Shown in pieces: positions 1-8,340 of a stretch of DNA of 49,559 bases; positions within the stretch are counted from its first letter, which is position 1, and each line of letters begins with the position of its first letter. A program made the translations under genes and the position numbers. Source of the DNA: a virus (taxonomy: Duplodnaviria > Caudoviricetes); the IMG/VR virus record IMGVR_UViG_3300022719_000309, positions 1 to 49,559 of that record, one strand, 5' to 3'. Below the pieces are notes generated by a model. The model did no database searches, had not been told where the DNA came from, and saw nothing but the letters and a program-made list of their open reading frames with translations.

Positions 1-182
1 CCGTCCACCGCGGGACCTGGAGGCTTGAGGTCACGACGCCGCCCAGCGGCACCGAGGACGCCCGCGTCGAGATCCGGAGGTACTGACAACATGCGCACCT
101 TCCTTCTCCTCCTCGCGACCCTCCTCCCCGTGGCGCCGGCGGGTGCGGACTCGGCCTTCCCCGGGCCCGCGTACCCGGAGCG
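1..182 (+). repeat. Left flank repeat, copy 1 (matches 47361-47542)
   Basis: 1-127 is identical to 47361-47487, then scattered mismatches to about 182. Covers the 3' end of the 154-aa exported-protein gene (TGA at 84-86) and the signal-peptide codons of the variable gene. Confidence 0.97.
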
Positions 183-2496
183 TGGGGGTGAAGGTGGAGC
201 TGCCGCGCCGGGCATGATCGGCGACGCCTTCACCCAGGAGACCCTGCACTACTGGTACAGCCTCTCGGACATCCCCTTCCCGCTGGAGATCGAGCCCGAG
301 GACGGTTGGACGAACATCTACTGTTCGGCAACCGATGCGGGCAACTGGGATGCCGGAGACGACGGTGCATCGGGGCTCACGCCGGAGCTTGCCCAGAAGA
401 CCCTCTCCGTCTGCAAGGCCACGGCCCTCTCCCAGCCCTACGGCCGCATCGTTCTCGACCACGAGACCTTCTGCGTGGACCAGTACGACACCGCTGGCGA
501 CGGCTACACGGACACCAACCCCGGCACGGAGACCTACGAGTTCGACTTCGAGGACACAGGCGCGACGTTGGGCCGCGATACCATCACGCGCTCCGAGGGC
601 TCCTTCGTTGACGATGACTTCCAGCCGGGCCAGGAGATCACGGTCACGGGTACCGCGTCGAACAACACGACCTTCATTGTGCAGGAAGTGACGGAGCTCG
701 TTCTCACGCTCAACACAATCGGAAACGACGCTACAGACGAAGGTCCCACCGCGTCCAACTCGGGCCCTCTCGCCATCTCGATCGACCACGCTCAGGCGCA
801 GGGCTCGCCCGACGGGGACTGCGACCACGACGGCAGCACCGCGGGTGCGGGCTACGGCGACGGCATGGGGCTCGTGGAGGACTCCGACACGGAGCCCGGA
901 ACCGAGCGCACGGACCTCGCCTTCGCGCTGGAGAACCCGCTCTGGTGGCTCTGGTGCCCGCCGGGCGGGGCCTGCACGATCGACCAGCGCGGCTACACCG
1001 GCACAGAGCCGTGCCTTACCTGGGGCGTGGACGACGAGCGGTCGCAGCTCCTCGTGTCCGGCTCTCTCTCGATCGAGTGCGCGAACAACGCCTCGGGTGC
1101 CGGGGTGCCCATCGACTCGGAGTGGGAGGGCATCATCCGCTACGTCGGAGACGGCAGCCTCCGTGTGCATGGGGCCGTCGGCGGAAGCTCGAACATCATC
1201 TCGGCGCATGAGTTCTCGGTCTCCGACGCCTACGGCGACTTCACGATGGCGTTCGCGAACACCTCCTGCACCGACGGGTCCAGCTCGTCGCCGATCGTTG
1301 CGACGAATGGCATCGGCGCGATCAGCTTGCACAGCGCGAACCAGATTTCCGCGCACAGTTGCTCCGGCGCAAGCCTTGTCTCGGTGTCGCAGGTGGGCGG
1401 CGAATCCTTTGCGAACCTCAGCTCGGAGCAGCAGACCCGGATGGGACAGGGCGCTGCACGGGTCTCCACCTCGGGTCAGCGTCTCACGCTTCCCGCCACG
1501 CAGACCACCGACATCTCGGAGGTCGTGAACCTTGCGCCGTCGGCACTCGAAGGGCGTCCGAATCACGTCGAGTACCTCTCTTTCTCCAACTTCTTCGACA
1601 ACCAGGGCGAAGGAGACTTCCCCAACCACATCGAGGCCAACCCTGTGGCGGCAGGCGCTCGGATCGTCTCGCGCCTGATCTATCCGACCTTCGGGTCGAT
1701 TCCGGCTATCTCGGGTCGGTACATGATCATTCCGGGTGCCTTCGACGACACGGATGTCTGGGACATCCACGTCGCCGGCTGGGTCATGGAGGAGGGCGGC
1801 GGCGAATTCAAGGCGGCAACCGGAGTCACCGCCGTCAACCAGTTCATCCGCATCACCGACCCGAGCTGGGCCGACGGTGCAAGCGTCGCGCGGTTCGTGG
1901 ACGGGATCTACCGCTCCCCGGACGCGGACCCGTGGCGCATCGACGTGACGGGCGCCCCAAGCGATCAGTGCCCGGACGCCACGCTGGAAGACCTCGCGAG
2001 CTGCGTGAACGGCCAGAGTCCCGGCTCCATCGAGATCAGCAACAACACGAACATCTCGACGGCGGAGAGCGGTACGGCAACCGGGGCCAGCACCGTGAGT
2101 CGGGTGGTGAAGAGCGGCGGCGGGCTGACCGCTGACGCCTTCATCGGCGGAATCCTGATGACGACCGGCGGCACCGGGGACGATCAGGCACGCCGGATCA
2201 CCGACAACGACACGGCGGGATTCGACGTGTCCCCGGATTTCGACATCTCGCCGGACGCGACGACCACCTACGTCGTCACCATGTACGTGGACGCGCAAGG
2301 GCGGTGCCAGCTCGAAGACGCGAATGATTGCGAGGATCACGTCGCGGGCGGCGTGTCGGACTACAACGCGACGCTGGAGCAGCGGCAGTACTGCCCGTCC
2401 TACATCTGCGGCACGACGGGCCGTCGGTACATCGGCCAGCCTTCAGTCTGGAACGATGCCGGGCGCCAGCGACCCGATCCTTGGGTTGCGCGCTGA
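91..2496 (+). CDS. Large acidic, Cys-rich exported protein, allele A (801 aa)
   Basis: ATG at 91 after GGAGGT. Sec-type signal peptide MRTFLLLLATLLPVAPAGA-DS. Homologous to 47451-49436 (shared SAH..S...YGD, HSANQ, YPTF, YVD..GRC, DAGR..P.PW). Has a G/T-rich beta module near the C-terminus. Confidence 0.88.
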   Translation: MRTFLLLLATLLPVAPAGADSAFPGPAYPERGGEGGAAAPGMIGDAFTQETLHYWYSLSDIPFPLEIEPEDGWTNIYCSATDAGNWDAGDDGASGLTPELAQKTLSVCKATALSQPYGRIVLDHETFCVDQYDTAGDGYTDTNPGTETYEFDFEDTGATLGRDTITRSEGSFVDDDFQPGQEITVTGTASNNTTFIVQEVTELVLTLNTIGNDATDEGPTASNSGPLAISIDHAQAQGSPDGDCDHDGSTAGAGYGDGMGLVEDSDTEPGTERTDLAFALENPLWWLWCPPGGACTIDQRGYTGTEPCLTWGVDDERSQLLVSGSLSIECANNASGAGVPIDSEWEGIIRYVGDGSLRVHGAVGGSSNIISAHEFSVSDAYGDFTMAFANTSCTDGSSSSPIVATNGIGAISLHSANQISAHSCSGASLVSVSQVGGESFANLSSEQQTRMGQGAARVSTSGQRLTLPATQTTDISEVVNLAPSALEGRPNHVEYLSFSNFFDNQGEGDFPNHIEANPVAAGARIVSRLIYPTFGSIPAISGRYMIIPGAFDDTDVWDIHVAGWVMEEGGGEFKAATGVTAVNQFIRITDPSWADGASVARFVDGIYRSPDADPWRIDVTGAPSDQCPDATLEDLASCVNGQSPGSIEISNNTNISTAESGTATGASTVSRVVKSGGGLTADAFIGGILMTTGGTGDDQARRITDNDTAGFDVSPDFDISPDATTTYVVTMYVDAQGRCQLEDANDCEDHVAGGVSDYNATLEQRQYCPSYICGTTGRRYIGQPSVWNDAGRQRPDPWVAR

Positions 2497-2617
2497 TGCC
2501 CCTCTCCGACACCCCCACCACGATCGCCTGCGCGCTCCCCCGCGATCCCGCAACGGGCGCCGTCCACGTCCACCAGCTCACCGCCGAGGTGTGCTGCACG
2601 GGCGAGGGGGACGGCTT
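2496..2617 (+). repeat. Right flank repeat, copy 1 (matches 49438-49559)
   Basis: 122 bp, identical except T2505 vs G49447. Confidence 0.97.
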
Positions 2618-2852
2618 CCTGCGGATCGACGAGTGGGAGCGGGTGGGCGACGCGGCGCACTTCGCGGTGCCCGAGCTGGCTGGCGGGTTCCACTACGCCG
2701 CGTGTCCCCACAGCGCGGCGACAGTCGGCTCCCGGCCCCTCGTGGCGGGCGACGGGATTCCGCTCCCGGAGCCGGGAGGCTGGCTCCCGATCCTCGTCTG
2801 CGTCGTGCTCGGCGTCGTGCTCGCGTACTTCTCGCAGCGGGGGCCCCGGTGA
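2496..2852 (+). CDS. Small protein with PEP-CTERM-like C-terminal sorting signal
   Basis: TGATG overlap with the upstream gene. C-terminus IPLPEPGG-WLPILVCVVLGVVLAYF-SQRGPR = PEP motif, TM helix, basic tail. Confidence 0.72.
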   Translation: MPLSDTPTTIACALPRDPATGAVHVHQLTAEVCCTGEGDGFLRIDEWERVGDAAHFAVPELAGGFHYAACPHSAATVGSRPLVAGDGIPLPEPGGWLPILVCVVLGVVLAYFSQRGPR

Positions 2853-3499
2853 GCGAGGAACCGGACGCGGCCGACGTCGCCGCGGTGGCGGCCATCCTGG
2901 GGCCCGAGGACGACGCCTCAGTTGTTCGCAAGCCCATCCCGCTCGCGCGCCGCCCGCGGAAGCGGCTGCTCGTGGTCGGCTCGCCGCGCAGCGGCACGCG
3001 CTTCTTCGCGGGCTGGCTCCAAGACCTCGGGATGCGCGTGAAGCACGAGAGCATGGGGCAAGACGGGACGGTCGACTCGACGTTCACCGTGCCCCGGACC
3101 ACGGCGGACCCCGACTCGTGGAGCAAGGCTGGCCTCTACCAGTATAGGTTCGACAAGGTGGTTCACCTGGTCCGAAGCCCGCTGCGGGTCATCGAGTCGC
3201 TCGCGCGCGAGCTCCCGCCGTCGTGGTGGCGCTGGCAGGAGATCCACACCGGGATCGCCGTGGAGGGGGAGCGACCGACCTTCGACGAGGTGGCCCGCTG
3301 GTGGCTCTGGTGGACGGAGAGGGCCGACCGGCTCTCCTCCCGGCGGCTTCGGGTCGACCCGCTCTTCGCCGGCGGGTTGGCGACCAACGTGGGCCGGCGC
3401 GCCCGTGTGGTGCCAGAGCTCTGGCGCGACGCACTCGCCCCCGAAACCGAGTCGGCCCTCCTCGTCCGGATGCAGCAGTATGGCTACGATTGGGTCTGA
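2849..3499 (+). CDS. Sulfotransferase-family protein
   Basis: GTGA overlap start. LLVVGSPRSGT matches the 5'-PAPS-binding loop, followed by KHE, and HLVRSPLRVIES matches the 3'-phosphate-binding motif. Confidence 0.8.
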   Translation: MSEEPDAADVAAVAAILGPEDDASVVRKPIPLARRPRKRLLVVGSPRSGTRFFAGWLQDLGMRVKHESMGQDGTVDSTFTVPRTTADPDSWSKAGLYQYRFDKVVHLVRSPLRVIESLARELPPSWWRWQEIHTGIAVEGERPTFDEVARWWLWWTERADRLSSRRLRVDPLFAGGLATNVGRRARVVPELWRDALAPETESALLVRMQQYGYDWV

Positions 3500-3509
3500 G
3501 GAGGACCAC

Positions 3510-3710
3510 ATGAAGAAGAATCACATGGGAAAGCGCCTGGGCTCCAAGCCCTACGGGATGGACTCCTACGGCCACAAGGGCGGCCAGGAGGGGAGCGGCG
3601 GCTCGAGCCACTCCCCCCTCGACGTCCACGGCAAGACCATGTCCAAGGCCAAGTGCTTCATGGGCAAGGGCAAGGGCAAGGGCAAGGGCAAGGGCAAGAA
3701 GGGCTACTAG
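3510..3710 (+). CDS. Small basic Lys/Gly-rich protein (66 aa)
   Basis: GAGGAGG RBS before ATG 3510. Ends MGKGKGKGKGKGKKGY. Confidence 0.75.
   Translation: MKKNHMGKRLGSKPYGMDSYGHKGGQEGSGGSSHSPLDVHGKTMSKAKCFMGKGKGKGKGKGKKGY
3663..3698 (+). repeat. Coding microsatellite (GGCAAG)x6
   Basis: Six exact hexamers encoding GK repeats. Confidence 0.95.
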
Positions 3711-3729
3711 CGCTTCTCGGGGAGCCGCC

Positions 3730-5022
3730 GTGGAGATCCGACTCCCCTACAGGTGGAAGCCGCGCGCGTACCAAGAGCCCCTCTGGAGCGCGCTCGAGGG
3801 CGGCGTGAAGCGCGCCGTGGCGGTCTGGCATCGCCGCGCCGGGAAAGACCTCCTCTCGCTCAACTGGACCATCCGGGAGGCCATGCGCCGGCCGGGCCTC
3901 TACTGGCACGTCCTCCCCACCTACGCGCAGGGCCGCAAGATCGTCTGGAACGGCATGACGGGGAAGGGGCGCCCCTTCATGGAGCACTTCCCGCCGGAGC
4001 TCGTCACCCGCAAGACCGACCAGGAGATGACGGTCTGGCTGCACGGCGGCTCGATCTGGCAGGTGATCGGGACCGACGACGTCGACCGCCTCGTCGGCGC
4101 GAACCCCGTCGGTGTCGTCTTCTCGGAGTACAGCCTCCAGAACCCGCAGGCGTGGGGCTACCTGCGCCCGATCCTCGCGGAGAACGGCGGCTGGGCGCTC
4201 TTCATCTACACGCCGCGCGGTCGCAACCACGGATGGAAGATGCTCCAGATGGCCGAGGAGCATCCCAAGTGGTTCGCGCAGGTGCTCGACGTCGACGCCA
4301 CGCACGCGGTCTCACAGGAGGCGATCCAGGAAGAGCGCGACGCGGGGATGCCCGAGGAGCTCATCCAGCAGGAGTTCTACTGCTCGTTCGACGCCCCGCT
4401 CGTCGGCGCCTACTACTCCGTCGAGATGATGCGCGCGCAGCAGGACGGGCGCATCGACCGGGTCCCGTGGGAGCCCCTCAAGCCGGTCATCACCGCGTGG
4501 GACCTCGGCGTCCGCGACGCGACGTCCATCTGGTTCGCGCAGAAGGTCGGCCGCGAGGTGCGCCTCATCGACTACTACCACGCGACGGGCGTCGGACTCG
4601 ACCACTACGCGAAGGTGTTGCGCGAGAAGCCCTACGCCTACAGCGAGCACTTGGTGCCCCACGACGCCCGGGTGAAGGAGCTGGGGCCGGGGAAGACCCG
4701 CGTGGAGCAGGCGCTCGAGCAGGGCATCCGCATGACCGTGATGCCCAACATCCCCCTCGCGGACGGCATCCAGTCGGTCCGCGCGCTCCTCGCCCGGTGC
4801 TGGTTCGACGAAGTCCACTGTGAGAAGGGGGTCGAGGGGCTCAAGCAGTACGTCAAGAAGGAGACCGAGGAGCGGGACCCGGACGGGAACATCGTCTACC
4901 AGGACACCCCCTTCCACAACTGGGCCTCGCACCCGGCCGACGCCTTCCGGACCCTCGCCATGGGGATCGACCGCGAGGAGTGGGACGAGTTCAAGCAGCC
5001 CGACGCCTCTTGGGTCGTGTAA
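3730..5022 (+). CDS. terL: Terminase large subunit
   Basis: PRAYQ adenine-binding motif, WHRRAGKD Walker A, GVVFSEY Walker B, TPRG coupling motif, WDLG and SHPADAFR nuclease motifs. Confidence 0.95.
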   Translation: MEIRLPYRWKPRAYQEPLWSALEGGVKRAVAVWHRRAGKDLLSLNWTIREAMRRPGLYWHVLPTYAQGRKIVWNGMTGKGRPFMEHFPPELVTRKTDQEMTVWLHGGSIWQVIGTDDVDRLVGANPVGVVFSEYSLQNPQAWGYLRPILAENGGWALFIYTPRGRNHGWKMLQMAEEHPKWFAQVLDVDATHAVSQEAIQEERDAGMPEELIQQEFYCSFDAPLVGAYYSVEMMRAQQDGRIDRVPWEPLKPVITAWDLGVRDATSIWFAQKVGREVRLIDYYHATGVGLDHYAKVLREKPYAYSEHLVPHDARVKELGPGKTRVEQALEQGIRMTVMPNIPLADGIQSVRALLARCWFDEVHCEKGVEGLKQYVKKETEERDPDGNIVYQDTPFHNWASHPADAFRTLAMGIDREEWDEFKQPDASWVV

Positions 5023-5023
5023 G

Positions 5024-5290
5024 GTGGGGGGAGGGGAGCCGAAGAATGTCCCGGACATCATCCGCGCGCTGGGGGCCCTGGAGTCCCGGGTCGCGGCGCT
5101 CGAGGCGAAGGTGGGCGAGGGGAACGTGGGCGAGGAGGTGCGTCACATGCGCCAGGAGGTCACGATCTTCCGCGTCCTCGTGGGCCGCAAACTCAACCTG
5201 CACCCTGCTGTGCGGAAGGCCCTGGAGCCCCCGAAGATGCCCAAGGAGCTGGTCGACGACCTCTGGGCGCGGGGGCTGATCGAGAAGTGA
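5024..5290 (+). CDS. Hypothetical coiled-coil protein
   Basis: Fills the terL-portal gap and has a GTGA overlap with portal. Start uncertain. Confidence 0.55.
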   Translation: MGGGEPKNVPDIIRALGALESRVAALEAKVGEGNVGEEVRHMRQEVTIFRVLVGRKLNLHPAVRKALEPPKMPKELVDDLWARGLIEK

Positions 5291-7554
5291 GCGGAGCGGA
5301 CCCGAACCTCTACGACATGGGCGACGTCCTCGGCATGGAGGAGGTCGAGGCGCTGCTCTCCGCCGAGGAGGAGTCCGGCGCGGAGTCCGCCGTTGCCGGA
5401 CGCGAGATCCGCCCGCTCGACGAGGGGGAGCTCGCGTCTGCCATCGAGCAGGAGATCCAGAACGCGATCGGCGGGATCGAGGGCGACATCGCCGAGGAGC
5501 GGCGGCTCTCCATCAGCTACTACCTGGGCGAGCCGTTCGGCAACGAGGTCCCGGGCCGCTCGAGCGTCATCCTCGAAGACGTCCGCGACACGATCGAGTG
5601 GGCGATGCCCCACATGATGAAGATGCTGGCGCCCTCGCCGCAGTTCTTCGACTACCAGCCGGTCGGAGAGGAGGACGTCGAGCAGGCCCAGCAGGCCAGC
5701 ACCTTCATCAACCACAAGTTCGAGCACAAGCTCCGCGGCTACGAGTGGATCTACGAGACCGCGAAAACGGCGCTCCTCGAGAAGCGCGGCTTCGGCAAGG
5801 TCTACATCCTCGAGCGCACCGAGCCGAAGATCCACCACTACTACGAGCTCGACGACGAGCAGGTGCAGGCACTCGTCGGCGAGGATGGCGTCGAGCTCCT
5901 CGAGCACACCCCCTACCAGAAGATGCTCGGCGAGCAGGCGCCGGTCGTGGACCCGGAGACCGGGCAGCCGGTCGTCGGCCCCGACGGGCAGCCCGCCATG
6001 CAGCCGGTCCCGACCAACCTCCACGACGTGAAGGTGAAGGTCGTCCGCACCGAGCGCGAGCTCTGCCTCGACTCGATCGCACCCGAGGAGATGCTCACCG
6101 CCCGGCGCATGATCGAGCTCGACGACCGCGCCACGTTCGTCGGGCAGCGCAAGCGCATGACCGTCTCGGACCTCATCGCCGAGGGGGTCGACCCCGAGGT
6201 CGCGCTGGGGCTCCCGGACGACGACTCCCCCGAGTACGACACCGCCCGCACCACGCGCCTGTCCGAAGAGGAGACGTTCCCGGATTCAGGCGACGAGCGC
6301 GCCGACGCGGCCAGTCGCGAGCTCTGGGTGACGGAGTGCCACATCCGGATCGACGAGGACGGCGACGGCTACTCCGAGCTCCGCCGAGTGCTCGTCGCCG
6401 GCGAGTCCGCCATCACGATCATCGAGAACGAGGAGGAGTCGTCCAACGGCTTCGTCTCCATCTGCCCCATCCCGATCCCCCACAAGTTCTACGGGCTCTC
6501 GCTGGCCGACCTGGTCCGGGACCTCCAGCTCATCCGCAGCACGATCCTGCGGCAGGCCCTCGACAACCTCTACCTCACCAACAACAGCCGCAACGTGGTG
6601 CTCGAGGGCCAGGTCAACCTCGACGACCTGCTCGTGTCACGCCCTGGCGGCCTCATCCGAGCCCGCGCGCTCGACGCCGTGAAGCCGCTCGAGGTGCAGC
6701 CCGTCTCGCGCGACGCCGTCGTGGCGCTCGAGTTCCTCGAGAGCGTGAAGGAGAACCGGACCGGGATCACCCGCTACAACCAGGGCTCCGACTCCGGGTC
6801 GCTCAACAAGACCGCGACGGGCGTGTCGCGCATCATGAACGCCGCCTACGCGCGGCTCGAGCTCATCGCGCAGCTCTTCGCCCGCCAGCTCCAGCGCCTC
6901 GGCAAGCTGCTCCTGCGCGCCTACGTGGAAGGCGGCTTCCGCGAGGAGACCCTGCGGCTCACCAACGGCGAGTGGGTGACGTTCGATCCGCGCCCCTGGA
7001 ACGCGGACATGGACGTCACCGTCCAGGTCGGCATGGGCGTCGGTCAAGCCGCCGAGCGGCTCGACGCCATGGAGCGTATCATGGCGGTGCAGGAGCGGAT
7101 GGCCGGCCACCCACTCTTCGCCTCGATGGTGACGCGCGAGAACGTATACGCCGCGGCCGAGAAGATGCAGCACGCGCTCGGCTACATGCGGGAAAACCAG
7201 TTCTACACGAACCCCCGCGACCTCCCGCCGCCCGAGCCGCCCCCGCCCAGCCCCGACGAGATCAAGGCGCAGGCCGAGGCGAAGTCGAAGGACGAGCAGT
7301 CGAAGCTCGCCGCCGCCGAGCAGCAGCGCAAGATCCTGGCCGACCAGGCGCTCGCCGACTTCCGCGTGAAGGAGCTCGACGAGCAGACACAGGTGGAGTT
7401 CGCGAAGATCGAGAGCGAGGAGCGGCTCAAGCGCGAGGAGCTGGAGTCGCGCGAGCGCGTCGAGAAGATGAAGGTCGAGGCCCAGAAAGAGGCCGCGAAG
7501 ATGCAAGCCCAGGCCGCCAAGGATCGCAGCGGCGAGAAGGAGAAGACGTCATGA
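5287..7554 (+). CDS. Portal protein
   Basis: 755 aa directly after terL. YYLGEPFGNE..GRS, RTGITRYNQG and NKTATG motifs, and a C-terminal coiled coil typical of P22-like portals. Confidence 0.92.
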   Translation: MSGADPNLYDMGDVLGMEEVEALLSAEEESGAESAVAGREIRPLDEGELASAIEQEIQNAIGGIEGDIAEERRLSISYYLGEPFGNEVPGRSSVILEDVRDTIEWAMPHMMKMLAPSPQFFDYQPVGEEDVEQAQQASTFINHKFEHKLRGYEWIYETAKTALLEKRGFGKVYILERTEPKIHHYYELDDEQVQALVGEDGVELLEHTPYQKMLGEQAPVVDPETGQPVVGPDGQPAMQPVPTNLHDVKVKVVRTERELCLDSIAPEEMLTARRMIELDDRATFVGQRKRMTVSDLIAEGVDPEVALGLPDDDSPEYDTARTTRLSEEETFPDSGDERADAASRELWVTECHIRIDEDGDGYSELRRVLVAGESAITIIENEEESSNGFVSICPIPIPHKFYGLSLADLVRDLQLIRSTILRQALDNLYLTNNSRNVVLEGQVNLDDLLVSRPGGLIRARALDAVKPLEVQPVSRDAVVALEFLESVKENRTGITRYNQGSDSGSLNKTATGVSRIMNAAYARLELIAQLFARQLQRLGKLLLRAYVEGGFREETLRLTNGEWVTFDPRPWNADMDVTVQVGMGVGQAAERLDAMERIMAVQERMAGHPLFASMVTRENVYAAAEKMQHALGYMRENQFYTNPRDLPPPEPPPPSPDEIKAQAEAKSKDEQSKLAAAEQQRKILADQALADFRVKELDEQTQVEFAKIESEERLKREELESRERVEKMKVEAQKEAAKMQAQAAKDRSGEKEKTS

Positions 7555-8003
7555 CCGCGAAGCCCGTCCCCTGCCCGGAATGCGGAACCCCCGCGGTGGA
7601 CTTCCGGGGCACCGACGAGGAGCCCACGCACTACCTCTGCATGAACAGGCACGAGTGGCCGGTGGAGGGGGAGATCCCCGTCACCAGCCCGGACGCCGAG
7701 CGCTCCTGCGGTCTGGCACGCGACATCCTCGCCATCCTCGCCAAGAACGACGGCGACCGCGGCCGGGTCGAGGTGGCGCGGCGCTGCACGCAGGAGCTCG
7801 AGTACGCCGGCGCGGAGGTCCCCGTCCATCGCCACCACCCGGTGAGCGCCCACACGCCGAGCCACGAGAGCCCCTACGAGCGGAAGGAGCGCCGGCAGGC
7901 CCAGCGCCACATCGACGCCGCAGAGGTCGAGCGCGCCAAGCTCGCGGAGGACGAGCGCCAGGAGCGGCTCAAGGCCGAGGCGGCCGAGGGCGCGGATGGC
8001 TGA
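7551..8003 (+). CDS. Hypothetical protein with N-terminal zinc ribbon
   Basis: ATGA overlap with portal. CPECG...YLCMNRHEW. Confidence 0.65.
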   Translation: MTAKPVPCPECGTPAVDFRGTDEEPTHYLCMNRHEWPVEGEIPVTSPDAERSCGLARDILAILAKNDGDRGRVEVARRCTQELEYAGAEVPVHRHHPVSAHTPSHESPYERKERRQAQRHIDAAEVERAKLAEDERQERLKAEAAEGADG

Positions 8004-8340
8004 TCGCTGGGACCTCCCTCTACCGGAGGTCGACCACCTCGACGCCGGTGAGCAGCGGGGGCTCGTCGAGGAGGCTGTCCGCCAGGGCGACGCCATCCAG
8101 CGCTTCCTCGAAGACGAGGACGTGCAGGCGGTTCTCAACCTGATCGAGCAGCGTCTCGTGGATCGCTGGAAGGGGACGGCCCTCGGCGAGCGCGAGCAGA
8201 GGGAGGCCGCCTACCACCTCTGGTACGCCTTGGCCGAGGTCCGGGAGGGCTTGCGCTCGGTCGCAGAGGGGGGAAGGCTTGCCAAGAGGCGTCTCGACGA
8301 GCTCGATCGCGAGTCGGGGCCCCCGGAGAGGAGCGAATAG
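7996..8340 (+). CDS. Small hypothetical head-region protein
   Basis: Helical 114-aa ORF between portal and scaffold. Confidence 0.7.
   Translation: MADRWDLPLPEVDHLDAGEQRGLVEEAVRQGDAIQRFLEDEDVQAVLNLIEQRLVDRWKGTALGEREQREAAYHLWYALAEVREGLRSVAEGGRLAKRRLDELDRESGPPERSE

Noticed and set aside
91-2496. Diversity-generating retroelement or invertase shufflon behind the variable gene
   Set aside because: No reverse transcriptase or recombinase is recognisable, there is no adenine-specific TR/VR pair, and divergence spans the whole gene with indels.
2494-2498. Programmed frameshift fusing the variable protein to the PEP-CTERM ORF
   Set aside because: The junction is -1 in allele A (TGATG) but +1 in allele B (TAGGATG), and there is no slippery site.
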